Shown: positions 1-8,954 of the stretch, piece after piece
Position numbering within the stretch: the first letter of the stretch is position 1
Layout of the letters: the number at the start of each line of letters is the position of its first letter
Origin: Pseudomonadota bacterium
GTDB lineage: Bacteria > Bdellovibrionota_B > Oligoflexia > Oligoflexales > CAIYRB01
Length of the DNA stretch: 64,000 nucleotides
Direction of reading: 5' to 3'
Assembly: GCA_031416315.1 (NCBI GenBank)
Contig: JANOTL010000202.1
Coordinates: 1-64,000 of the forward strand
The notes under the pieces: model-generated
Seen by the model: the letters and a program-made list of their open reading frames with translations, nothing else
The model's database searches: none
Told to the model about the DNA's origin: nothing
Program-made: the position numbers and the translations under genes

Positions 1-570
1 ACCGGCAACCTCGACCCGACGGCCGGCAAGGTCCAGATCGCCGGCCGGCGCCTGACGCCCGACACGCCGGACGTGAAGCGCCTCATCGGCTATCTCCCGC
101 AGAGTCCGGTTCTGCCGCGCTGGGTGAGCGGGCGCTCGCTCCTGCGATACGCCGCGAAGCTCTACGGCATCGCCAACGCCGAGGCGCACGTCACCGCACG
201 TGAGATCTATTGGGACTGCGCGAGCTATCGCGATTTACCGCTCGCGGCTTTGTCTTACGGCATGCAGAAGCGGCTCGGCCTCGCGCTCGCGACCTTGAAC
301 GATCCGCCGCTCTTGATCCTCGACGAGCCCTTCTCCGGGCTCGACCTCTTTCACATCAAGGCGCTCGAGGACGCGATCTCGAAGCGGGGAACCGAAGGCC
401 ATGCGACGCTCGTCAGCACGCACGATGCGGCGAACGCCGCGCGCCTTTGCCACCGGGCGCTGATCATCAGCGACGGGCGCATCAAAGCGCTCGAAGGCTT
501 CGCCGAGGCCGGCTTCCTGAACCGCATCCGGATGATCGAGGACGCGTTCTTCCGGAAGGAGCCGGCGTGA
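1..570 (+). CDS. ABC transporter ATP-binding protein (ABC-2 type), 5'-truncated by window edge
   Basis: Frame is open from position 1 (TGNLDPTAGKVQIAG...); LSYGMQKR signature, LLILDEP Walker B, STH H-loop. Confidence 0.9.
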   Translation, partial: TGNLDPTAGKVQIAGRRLTPDTPDVKRLIGYLPQSPVLPRWVSGRSLLRYAAKLYGIANAEAHVTAREIYWDCASYRDLPLAALSYGMQKRLGLALATLNDPPLLILDEPFSGLDLFHIKALEDAISKRGTEGHATLVSTHDAANAARLCHRALIISDGRIKALEGFAEAGFLNRIRMIEDAFFRKEPA

Positions 571-2294
571 CGGCGACCACTGCGGCCGCGCCGAAGCTCG
601 GCTTCCTCTCGTTCACGCGGCGCTTCGTCACGCCACTGTGGCCGTGGTACGGCTCCGGAGCCCTGGTGCTCGCTGCGGTCAACCTCGTCAACCTCGAGAT
701 CCCGCAGCTGGCGAAGAAGGTGATCAACGGGTTCACCGACGGGATCGATCCGAAGGGGCTCACCGGGACGGCGCTGACGATCGCTTCGCTCGGCGTCTTG
801 CTGATGCTGATCCGAGCGCTATCGCGCATTCTGATCTTCTGGCCAGGACGGCGGCTCGAGACGACGACGAAACAGCATCTCTTCGAGCGCGCGATCCGCC
901 TGCCAGAGAGCTTCTTTCTGCGGCACGGGATGGGCGACCTGATCTCGCGCCTGTCGAACGACCTGGGGCAGATCCGCGCGTTCTACGCGTTCGGCGTGCT
1001 GCAGATCGCCAACGTGATCTTCCTGACGGTGTTCACCATCGGCAAGATGAGCTCGGTGCACGGGCCGCTGACGGCCCTGGCTCTGGCGCCTTTGGCGCTG
1101 ATGCTCGTGATCACGAAGATCACGATGCCGAAGATGCATTTTTGGTCGAAGAAGAATCAGGAGGCGATCGGCGCCCTGACCAATCGCGTGACCGAAGCCT
1201 TCGTCAACGTGCACGTGATCCAAGCGAACGCGGCCTCGAGCGCGTTCGCGGCGCGGGCGGAGGTCGAGAACGGCAAGGTTTACGAGACGAACATGCGGCT
1301 CGTCTTCGTGCGTACGCTCGTCTTTCCGATGATGACCTGCCTCGCGGGGCTGTCGCAGCTCGCGATCCTCGCTTACGGCGGTCACGAGGTGATCGCCGGG
1401 CGGCTGACGGTCGGCGACATTCTCGCGTTCAACGTCTACATCGGCCTCTTGACCTTCCCATTGATGGCGATCGGGATCATCTTGTCGATGTACCAGCGCT
1501 GCCGGACGGCGCTGGAGCGGATCGGCGAGATCGAGATGGCAGAGCCGGAGAAGCCTTTGACGGCGCAAGGGACGCCGCGGCCCGAGGCGGCGATCTTGTC
1601 GGTGAAAAACCTGTCGTTCACGTACGGCACCGGCGATTTCCGCCTCGAGGGGCTCGATCTGGAGCTGACGCCGGGCAAGAAGATCGGCATCTTCGGGCGC
1701 GTCGGCTCCGGAAAATCGACCTTGTTCCACGTGCTGACGCGGCTCTTCGATCCGCCGCGCGGCACGGTGACGTGGCGGGGGCTCGACGTGCTCGACGTGC
1801 CGCCCTCGGCCTTGCGGCTCGAGCTGGGTTACGCATTGCAGCAGGTGCATCTCTTCTCGGATACGATTCGCGCCAATCTGTGTTTCGGGCTGGATCGAGA
1901 GCCGAAGGACGCCGAGCTGGAGTCGGCGTGCGAAGCGGCGCAGATCCTGGGCGAGATCCGGGCGCTGAAAGACGGCTTCGCGACGGAGATCGGCGAGAAG
2001 GGCGTGCGCCTGTCGGGCGGGCAGAAGCAGCGGTTGGCGCTGGCGCGGCTCCTGCTGCGCAAGCCCGACGTCTTGCTGCTGGACGACGTCTTGTCGGCGG
2101 TCGACCACGGGACCGAGAAACGGCTGATCGACGCGCTCCATGCGCGCAACGCGGCGATGATCATCGCCTCGCATCGGGGGTCGGCGCTCAAGCGCTGCGA
2201 CGAGGTGATCGTTCTGGCCAACGGCCGGGTCGAGGCGCGCGGGACGTATGCGGAAATCGTGAGCAGATTTCCGGAGTTGCGGGCCGAGGCCTGA
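567..2294 (+). CDS. ABC exporter TMD+NBD, degenerate-site subunit (MdlA/YheI-like)
   Basis: GTG at 567 overlaps upstream TGA; TM helices, GRVGSGKS, LSGGQKQR, LLLDD (Asp replaces catalytic Glu). Confidence 0.9.
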   Translation: MTATTAAAPKLGFLSFTRRFVTPLWPWYGSGALVLAAVNLVNLEIPQLAKKVINGFTDGIDPKGLTGTALTIASLGVLLMLIRALSRILIFWPGRRLETTTKQHLFERAIRLPESFFLRHGMGDLISRLSNDLGQIRAFYAFGVLQIANVIFLTVFTIGKMSSVHGPLTALALAPLALMLVITKITMPKMHFWSKKNQEAIGALTNRVTEAFVNVHVIQANAASSAFAARAEVENGKVYETNMRLVFVRTLVFPMMTCLAGLSQLAILAYGGHEVIAGRLTVGDILAFNVYIGLLTFPLMAIGIILSMYQRCRTALERIGEIEMAEPEKPLTAQGTPRPEAAILSVKNLSFTYGTGDFRLEGLDLELTPGKKIGIFGRVGSGKSTLFHVLTRLFDPPRGTVTWRGLDVLDVPPSALRLELGYALQQVHLFSDTIRANLCFGLDREPKDAELESACEAAQILGEIRALKDGFATEIGEKGVRLSGGQKQRLALARLLLRKPDVLLLDDVLSAVDHGTEKRLIDALHARNAAMIIASHRGSALKRCDEVIVLANGRVEARGTYAEIVSRFPELRAEA

Positions 2295-2339
2295 AAGAGC
2301 TGACCGCTGGCGCCTTTGATCATCGGGAAGCGCGTGCCG

Positions 2340-2827
2340 CCGCAGTCGACCATCCATGACGCATCTGCGCCTCCTGTGCAAAAGAAGCGGCGCAGTGAGG
2401 CCTGGAAGGTGTTGATCATGTCCATAGGCGGCGAATGAGCAGCGGTGAAACTCGAGGCCCTTGCCCGCCTCGCGGCTGACGAAGCCAAGGAACTCGCGGA
2501 CGCCGACGGAGTTGACGTTGCGCGCCGCTGAAAGCTCGAGCTTCAAGGGACGCGGGTCGCCGTCGAAGACCTTGTAGTCGAGACTTTCGTCGATCTGGCC
2601 CTCGACCTTGTGTTCAAGGCGTCCATAAAGGCGAGCGAGCACTCGTGGAGCTCGACGTCTTTGTCGCGGCAGGCCTCGATGAAGCGGAGGAAATTGCGGA
2701 CGCCCAGACTGTTAACCGTGATGACGTTCCCCAAGCGGATTCGGATCGGCGACGGCGCCAGAAGCAACGCCTGGTAATCGACGTGCTCGTCGAGCACGCC
2801 GGTGACGATGAAAAAGGACTCGTCCAC
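2340..2827 (-). pseudogene. Two fused, frameshifted remnants of STAS-like (anti-anti-sigma-like) genes
   Basis: Copy 1 VTGVLDE...VNSLGVRNFLRF...HECSLAFMDALN joins out of frame to copy 2 VEGQIDE...VNSVGVREFLGF...HRCS, then shifts again into MDMINTF; both resemble the intact 14461..14934 protein; 3' limit approximate. Confidence 0.65.
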
Positions 2828-3027
2828 GATGATGCGACCAATGGTTATGACCTCATTCTACGAGGGGTGTGGGAGGGATCGCCGGAGGGCAATAATTTCC
2901 CGGCGGGACGCGCGCTGGGCAAGGCTTGCCGAGCGCGGCGCCGTGCGCAAACTGCCGGCTTCGTCCAGGGGGCTGGGCGCGCTATCCTGATTAAAGGTCC
3001 ACCCGCTTTTTCCCGATCCAGAGCTCG

Positions 3028-4959
3028 ATGCCGAGTCTCCTCGCCAAACTCAATCTTTCGCGTCGCACGATCGCGCGCGACCTGACCTTGCGCCTCGTCG
3101 TCACCATCACGCTGGTGTTTGGCTTCGCAGGCGCGGTGAACTATTTCTTCTCCGTCGATCGCGACACCTCCGCCTTGCACGAGAAGGCGAAGGAGATCAT
3201 GGACAACCTCGCGTCCGTGCTCGTGACGCCGATGTGGAATCTGAACGTCGAGGAGCTCGGGAAGATCGTCGACGTTTACCGACAGTCCGGGATCGTCCTC
3301 GACATCAAGCTGATCGACGACGCCGGCGCGCTTTTGGTGCCGCCGCGCTATGCGGGGACGATCGACGACGCCTACCTCGAGATGACGCGGATCATTCATC
3401 ACGACAAGACGCCGATCGGGCGCGTGACGGTCGCATTCTCCGACTCGAACATCATCGTGAAACAGAAAGAGATCGCGATCTACTCGATCGCCGTCTTCAC
3501 GATCTTGACGATCACCCTGATCCTCGCCACCACCTACCTCTTGAAACGCTATCTGAACGAGCCGTTCAAGAAGCTGGAGACGGGGCTCGAGGTGATTTCC
3601 TCCGGCAACTACGCCCATCAGTTCGAGTCGGTGCCACAGGAGGACGTCAACGACGTCACGAAGAAGGTGAGCTGGATGGCGGGAGAAATCGCCAAGCGCG
3701 AGGCCGCCCTCGAGGACAACCGCCGCAAGCTCGAAGTGCTGAACCAGGCCATCCTCGACATTTTCTCATGCTCGGAAATCGACGGACTGATCCGGACGGC
3801 CCTGACCTTGGCCCACAAGGTATGCGCCGTGGATCACGGCTGGTTCCTCGGCGAGCAGAACGGCGCGCCGATCACGGAAGAGGAGCAGGTCACGATCCCT
3901 GCGCCGATCATCTGCGTGCGCGGGCACGTCTTCGAGGCGACGATCCGCGAGGTCGAGCCGCAGCTGGCGAAGCCCGACTCAGACGTCCGCTTCAGCTTCC
4001 CGATCAAGTCGCGCTACCGGACGATCGGCTGCATGGTGCTGTCTTTCGACCGCGCGCCGGACTCGTCCACGACCTCTTTGCTCAAATCCTTGATGTCGCT
4101 CGTGACGCTGGCGACGATCCGGCAGTCTTTCATTCGCGAGACGGCCTTCATCGCCGCCGAGCTCCAGGTCGCGGAGGCCGTGCAGCGCTCGATGCTGCCG
4201 GACGAGGCACGAATGCCTGAGAATGCCTTGGTCTCATGGCACTACGAGCCCGTGCTCCGGGTCGGGGGCGACTGGTTCAACGTCATCGAGTCGCGCGACG
4301 GCGAGAGCCTCTACGTGATCGTCGGCGACGTCACGGGCCACGGCTTGGCCCAGGGCCTCGTGACGACCGCGATGGCCGGCGCGATGCAGGTCCTCGAGGC
4401 GATGATCCGCGACGTCGGCGGCGCCGCCTTCTCCAAGCCCTCGCAGATCGTGACGCAGCTCGGCAACGTGATCGCGCGTATCGCCGGCAAGAGCAATCTG
4501 CGCATGACCTGCGTCGCGGCGCATCTCGATTACCGGACCGGACAGCTGCACATGTGCAACGCCGGGCACACCTTCCCGATCTTGCTACGGCACGACGCGG
4601 CTGGGAAGACGTCCGTCGAGTCCTTGGCCCGGAGCCAGCAGCTGATGCTCGGGGAAGTGAACTTGGCGGGCGTGCGGCCGCCGTACGGGGATGCGACCTA
4701 TCCGCTCGCGGTGGATGACGTGCTTTTGTTCTATACGGACGGCCTGACGGAGGCGGTGGACCGCGAAGGGAAGCCGTTCACGAGGAAGTTCCAGCGGCAT
4801 TTCTCGCGGACTCTGGTGCGGCGGAGCGTCGAGGAGATTTGCGCGGACCTCCTCGGGATGTTCCGAGCGCATATCGGGGATGTGCCTTGTAAGGATGATA
4901 TGTGCGTGTTGGTGGTGGGTCGGAAGGATAAGCGGGAGACCGTGGTCAGCGCGGCCTGA
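3028..4959 (+). CDS. Membrane sensor with HAMP and SpoIIE/RsbU-type PP2C phosphatase
   Basis: Two TM segments, HAMP-like region, GGDWF, GDVTGHG, NAGH, YTDGLTE, DDMCV motifs. Confidence 0.9.
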   Translation: MPSLLAKLNLSRRTIARDLTLRLVVTITLVFGFAGAVNYFFSVDRDTSALHEKAKEIMDNLASVLVTPMWNLNVEELGKIVDVYRQSGIVLDIKLIDDAGALLVPPRYAGTIDDAYLEMTRIIHHDKTPIGRVTVAFSDSNIIVKQKEIAIYSIAVFTILTITLILATTYLLKRYLNEPFKKLETGLEVISSGNYAHQFESVPQEDVNDVTKKVSWMAGEIAKREAALEDNRRKLEVLNQAILDIFSCSEIDGLIRTALTLAHKVCAVDHGWFLGEQNGAPITEEEQVTIPAPIICVRGHVFEATIREVEPQLAKPDSDVRFSFPIKSRYRTIGCMVLSFDRAPDSSTTSLLKSLMSLVTLATIRQSFIRETAFIAAELQVAEAVQRSMLPDEARMPENALVSWHYEPVLRVGGDWFNVIESRDGESLYVIVGDVTGHGLAQGLVTTAMAGAMQVLEAMIRDVGGAAFSKPSQIVTQLGNVIARIAGKSNLRMTCVAAHLDYRTGQLHMCNAGHTFPILLRHDAAGKTSVESLARSQQLMLGEVNLAGVRPPYGDATYPLAVDDVLLFYTDGLTEAVDREGKPFTRKFQRHFSRTLVRRSVEEICADLLGMFRAHIGDVPCKDDMCVLVVGRKDKRETVVSAA

Positions 4960-5093
4960 CGCGCCTGCGAGGAATTCGCAGCCCGCCATTCAAGCTCGAC
5001 GATTGAGTCGGGTGGAGTCAAGATCATGCAAGGGCGTCGCATCAATGCGACGGTCCGCGCGGCGAGCCAGCGTTGGAAGCGTAGCTCACCCTT

Positions 5094-5109
5094 TGGTACG
5101 GTTCGTGCT
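5094..5109 (+). promoter_or_regulatory. Putative sigma54 -24/-12 promoter
   Basis: TGGTACGGTTCGTGCT (GG-N10-GC), upstream of AGGAGG RBS and ATG 5142. Confidence 0.55.
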
Positions 5110-5141
5110 TCGTGCGGGGCTCAACTTTAGGAGGTCCCCCC

Positions 5142-6248
5142 ATGAATCTGACGTTCGCTCACGGCGCCATCGTAGGCGTCACCCTGTTCGCTGCCGGCAC
5201 GGCATCGGCCACTTTTGACCACAAATTCTGCAATGACAACGACTACACGGTCGGCTACTCCGTGGTCTCCGGCGAGCCCAACGGTTACGGCTGGGTCACC
5301 GACGGCTGGTACGAGCTCGAAGCTGGACAGTGCAGCGATACGTGGTCGTTCGACTCGTCGCCCGTCTTCGTGCGCGGCGAAGGCTGGACGTCGGAATGGG
5401 GTGGCGACTACCTCTTTTGCGTCGAAGGCGAAGGCTCCGAGTTTCTCTACACCGGAGCTGCGGGCGATGGTTGCGCTACGGCAACCCAGTACAAGATCGG
5501 CTTCGCAAAGGTCGAAGGCACTTGGGGCGCGGTCACCGAGACCCGCTTCCACGGCGGCAACTACGGCAACTCGGCCCAGACGCTGGACGTCTGCAACCGT
5601 ACGGATCAAGCGACCTCGGTCGCGGTCGGCTTTCAGCGCGGCCCCTTCGCGACGCGCACTTACGACGGCTGGCACTCGATCGAGGCGGGTCAATGTCAAA
5701 GCCTCGACTTCCCGAACGTGGCCGAGGACCTCGAAGTCGTGGCGCTGCGTGACGACGGACGCATGATCTGGCAAGCGGGCGAAACCGCGCACCAGCATTG
5801 CATCTCGACCAGCGACAACTTCTGGTTCCAGAACCCGGACGAAAGCCGCGCCTGCAATCTCGCCGGCGAGCTGCGGGCTTCGTTCATCACGATCCCGATC
5901 ATCGAAGGTCGTGGCGCGTTCGACATCACGGCGGACGCGGGTCAGGTGCTCGATCTCCACGACGGCATTGGCGGCCAAGAGCAAGGCCAGCAGCAGCAGG
6001 GCCAAGAGCAAGGCCAGCAGCAGCAGGGCCAGGAGCAAGGCCAGCAGCAGCAAGGCCAAGAGCAAGGTCAGCAGCAGCAGGGCCAGGAGCAAGGCCAGCA
6101 GCAGCAAGGCCAGGAGCAAGGCCAGCAGCAGCAGGGCCAAGAGCAAGGCCAGCAGCAGCAAGGCCAGGAGCAAGGCCAGCAGCAGCAGCAAGGCCAAGAG
6201 CAAGGCCAGCAGCAACAAGGCCAGGAGCAAGGCTTCCGCCGCCGCTAA
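5142..6248 (+). CDS. Secreted protein with two DUF1036-like domains and a Gln-rich repeat tail
   Basis: Signal peptide; two CN...GW..(L/I)EAGQC repeats; strong RBS. Confidence 0.75.
   Translation: MNLTFAHGAIVGVTLFAAGTASATFDHKFCNDNDYTVGYSVVSGEPNGYGWVTDGWYELEAGQCSDTWSFDSSPVFVRGEGWTSEWGGDYLFCVEGEGSEFLYTGAAGDGCATATQYKIGFAKVEGTWGAVTETRFHGGNYGNSAQTLDVCNRTDQATSVAVGFQRGPFATRTYDGWHSIEAGQCQSLDFPNVAEDLEVVALRDDGRMIWQAGETAHQHCISTSDNFWFQNPDESRACNLAGELRASFITIPIIEGRGAFDITADAGQVLDLHDGIGGQEQGQQQQGQEQGQQQQGQEQGQQQQGQEQGQQQQGQEQGQQQQGQEQGQQQQGQEQGQQQQGQEQGQQQQQGQEQGQQQQGQEQGFRRR
5973..6233 (+). repeat. 27-bp coding tandem repeat, (GQEQGQQQQ)x9 plus a partial unit
   Basis: Unit ggccaRgagcaaggYcagcagcaRcaR; one unit has an extra Gln codon. 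Confidence 0.95.
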
Positions 6249-6265
6249 GCGCCGACGCGAGTCTC

Positions 6266-6289
6266 CGGGGCGGCCGTGCGGCCGCCCCG
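6266..6289. terminator. GC-rich hairpin between convergent genes
   Basis: CGGGGCGGCCG-TG-CGGCCGCCCCG; no clear U tract. Confidence 0.5.
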
Positions 6290-6293
6290 ACTC

Positions 6294-7031
6294 TCAGAAA
6301 GCGAAGCCGAACGTCAGCCGCCCCAACGCGAACGTCGGCCCGTAACGCAGGTAGCTCACCAGCCCCTTTAAGACTGAGCGCCCCTCACCCGAGACGGAGT
6401 CGAGTATCGGCGCATGCGCCTTCCCCTGCCCTATCGTGACGTACAACGTCAGCCAATCGGCGCTGAGCGAGCCGCCCCAGTCCCATTGCCATTGGTTGCT
6501 GATCGCGAGCGACAGGATTTGGTTCTCCACCTCGATCAAAGGTGGCACCGACTTCGTCGCGGGCACGTACTTCTCGAAGTATGAGGTCCCGAGCCGCAGG
6601 TCGTAGCTGCGCTGGCCGAGCCCGAGCATCAGGTTGAAGGAATTGCCGGGAAACCAGCGCGCGGTCGCGTGGTAGACCTTTTCCTCGAACGACGCCAGGT
6701 CCACCGTCAAAAGCGAAAGACTGTAGTCAGCGCTCGTGTAGTCGAAGCCGAACTCCCACTCGTCGTCGAAAATCCAATAAACGGCCGGACCCTTGCGACC
6801 GGGCAGCGCTAGTCCGTAAACGACGTAGCTATATCCGACGAGGACCGTCGAGTCGCGGCGGTTGCCCTCGGAGGTTTGCGCCGTCGCCGCATGCGGCGCC
6901 TTGCGCGTCGGATGATTCTCGGCGCCCTTCGCCGAGGACTTGGAAGCCGCGCTCGGCGTGGCCTTAGGCGCGGCCTCAACGTGATGGGAGAAGACCGAAA
7001 GACCGACGATTAGGAGCGAGCGCAGCAGCAC
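6294..7031 (-). CDS. Hypothetical outer-membrane beta-barrel protein
   Basis: Signal peptide, aromatic amphipathic strands, C-terminal RLTFGFAF. Confidence 0.65.
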   Translation of the reverse strand: MLLRSLLIVGLSVFSHHVEAAPKATPSAASKSSAKGAENHPTRKAPHAATAQTSEGNRRDSTVLVGYSYVVYGLALPGRKGPAVYWIFDDEWEFGFDYTSADYSLSLLTVDLASFEEKVYHATARWFPGNSFNLMLGLGQRSYDLRLGTSYFEKYVPATKSVPPLIEVENQILSLAISNQWQWDWGGSLSADWLTLYVTIGQGKAHAPILDSVSGEGRSVLKGLVSYLRYGPTFALGRLTFGFAF

Positions 7032-7101
7032 GCGAATACCTCATTGTTCCAAGCTTTCTTTTAGCTTACGTCGCCCGCATCGGACATGCTACCGTCGCGG
7101 C

Positions 7102-8880
7102 ATGGCGAAAGCGGGCTCAGAACGGACCGGACTCGTGCGCGAGGTCGCGGGACTCGCGCGGCTGTGGCCGTACATCAAGGTCAACCGCGGGCTGCTCGTC
7201 GCGGCGATCGTCCTGATCCCCGTGATCTCGGCCATGCAGACTGCGCTGCCGATGGTTCTGAAGTACGCCATCGACAAGGGCATCCTCGGCAAAGATCAGC
7301 AAGCGTTGATGCAGGCCGGGGGCGTGTACCTCGCGATCGTGATATTCGAGTACCTGTCGCGGGCGGGGCAGTCGGTCGCGTCCTCGCTTGCCGTGCACCG
7401 CATGATCCGAAAGCTGCGCGCGAAGCTCTTCGACCACGTCCTTAGCCTGAAGGCCTCGTTTCACGACCGCTCGCTCAGCGGCACCCTGGTGACGCGCGCA
7501 ACCAGCGACTTCGACAATCTGTCCGAATCGCTGAACCTCGGCGTGCTCACCGCCGTAGTGGACGTGGCGGTCCTTATCGGTTGCCTCGTCGGCATGTTCA
7601 CTCTCAACTGGCGCCTTGCCCTCGTGGCCGTCGTGTTCCTGCCTGCGGTGTGGTGGATCGTCGGGCTCTTCTCAACGGGACTCAAAAACGCGATGCTCAA
7701 GGCCCGCGTCAAAATCGCGTCGTTGAACGGTTACACCCAGGAAGCCTTTTACGGGCACACGACGGTGAAAGTGCTCACGGGCGAGCGCGCTGCGGCCGGC
7801 CGGCACGGCAAGCTCAACATCGAGTTTCGCGATGCGCAGATGGGCAGCGTGGTGCTCGACGCCTGGATGTTCGCCGTCCTGGACGGCATCGCGTCGGTAG
7901 CGGTAGGCCTCGTCCTCTGGCTCGTCCTCAACGGATCCCTGCTCGAGCTCGCCGGCGGCGCGACGCTGGTGAGCGCCGGCATTCTCGTGGCGTTTGTCCA
8001 GTACGTCCAGCAGATGTTCGAGCCCCTGAAGCAGCTCGGCAACAAAATGGCGATGCTGCAGGGGGCATTCGCCTCGATCGAGCGCATCTTTGGTCTGCTC
8101 GAGCAGGGCGAGAGGGTGAGCGGCGTCGAGCCCGTGCCGTTGCTGCGCGGCGAGGTCGAGTTCGATCACGTGACTTTCTCCTACGACCTGAGCCGGGAGA
8201 AGAGGACCGCGTCGCTGACGGACGTGAACTTCAAGCTCCTGCCGGGGCGCTCGCTCGCCCTCGTCGGACCGACCGGAAGCGGCAAGTCGACGATCGTGAA
8301 GCTGCTCGCAAAGCTCTACGACGGCTACGAGGGCAAGATTCGCATCGACGGCAGGGACCTGACGGCGCTGTCGGGCGAAGGGCTACGCTCTCGCCTCGCG
8401 ATCGTGCCGCAGGACATCGTGCTCTTCGACGGGACCGTCGCTTTCAACATCGGGCTTGGACATCCGGACGCCACGCCGGAGCGCATCGCGGCCGCCGCCA
8501 AAGAGGTGGGAGCGGACCGCTTCATCGAGCGCTTGGCGGGCGGGCTCCAGCACGAGATCAAGGAGCAGGGGGCAAACCTGTCGCACGGCCAGCGGCAGCT
8601 CCTGGCGTTCGCGCGTGCGCTGGCGAAAGACCCCGGCATCGTGATCCTTGACGAAGCAACTTCCTCGGTGGACCCCGAGTCGGAGGCAGTGGTGCAGGCG
8701 GCGACGCAGAGGATCCTGCGCGGGCGGAGCGTCGTCGTGATCGCGCATAGGCTGTCGACGATCCGCGCCTGCGACGAGATCCTCGTGATCGAGCACGGGA
8801 AGGTGGTCGAGGGCGGGACGCATGCGGAGTTGGCGGCTAAGGGCGGGGCGTATGCGAAGTTGCTGCAGGCGCTGCACTGA
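7102..8880 (+). CDS. ABC exporter TMD+NBD, catalytic-Glu subunit (MdlB/YheH-like)
   Basis: GPTGSGKS, LSHGQRQ, ILDEATSSVD, IAHRLST. Confidence 0.92.
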   Translation: MAKAGSERTGLVREVAGLARLWPYIKVNRGLLVAAIVLIPVISAMQTALPMVLKYAIDKGILGKDQQALMQAGGVYLAIVIFEYLSRAGQSVASSLAVHRMIRKLRAKLFDHVLSLKASFHDRSLSGTLVTRATSDFDNLSESLNLGVLTAVVDVAVLIGCLVGMFTLNWRLALVAVVFLPAVWWIVGLFSTGLKNAMLKARVKIASLNGYTQEAFYGHTTVKVLTGERAAAGRHGKLNIEFRDAQMGSVVLDAWMFAVLDGIASVAVGLVLWLVLNGSLLELAGGATLVSAGILVAFVQYVQQMFEPLKQLGNKMAMLQGAFASIERIFGLLEQGERVSGVEPVPLLRGEVEFDHVTFSYDLSREKRTASLTDVNFKLLPGRSLALVGPTGSGKSTIVKLLAKLYDGYEGKIRIDGRDLTALSGEGLRSRLAIVPQDIVLFDGTVAFNIGLGHPDATPERIAAAAKEVGADRFIERLAGGLQHEIKEQGANLSHGQRQLLAFARALAKDPGIVILDEATSSVDPESEAVVQAATQRILRGRSVVVIAHRLSTIRACDEILVIEHGKVVEGGTHAELAAKGGAYAKLLQALH

Positions 8881-8895
8881 CTGCTCACTGAGAAC

Positions 8896-8930
8896 AAAAA
8901 GGCCCCACCGCTTCCGCGATGGGGCCTTTG
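8896..8930. terminator. Bidirectional intrinsic terminator
   Basis: AAAAAGGCCCCA...TGGGGCCTTT between convergent genes. Confidence 0.8.
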
Positions 8931-8954
8931 AACCATATCTCTACTGACTAACGA

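Noticed and set aside
638..2642. Long alternative-frame ORFs 638..2359 (+) and 819..2642 (-)
   Set aside because: Arg-rich shadow ORFs typical of high-GC DNA; only the ~60 aa STAS-like stretch of the minus ORF is meaningful
5127..6230. Antisense poly-Leu ORF (367 aa)
   Set aside because: Mirror image of the CAG-rich repeat; the plus-strand gene has the RBS, signal peptide and domains
5973..6233. Possible CRISPR array
   Set aside because: Contiguous in-frame 27-bp units with no unique spacers and no cas genes
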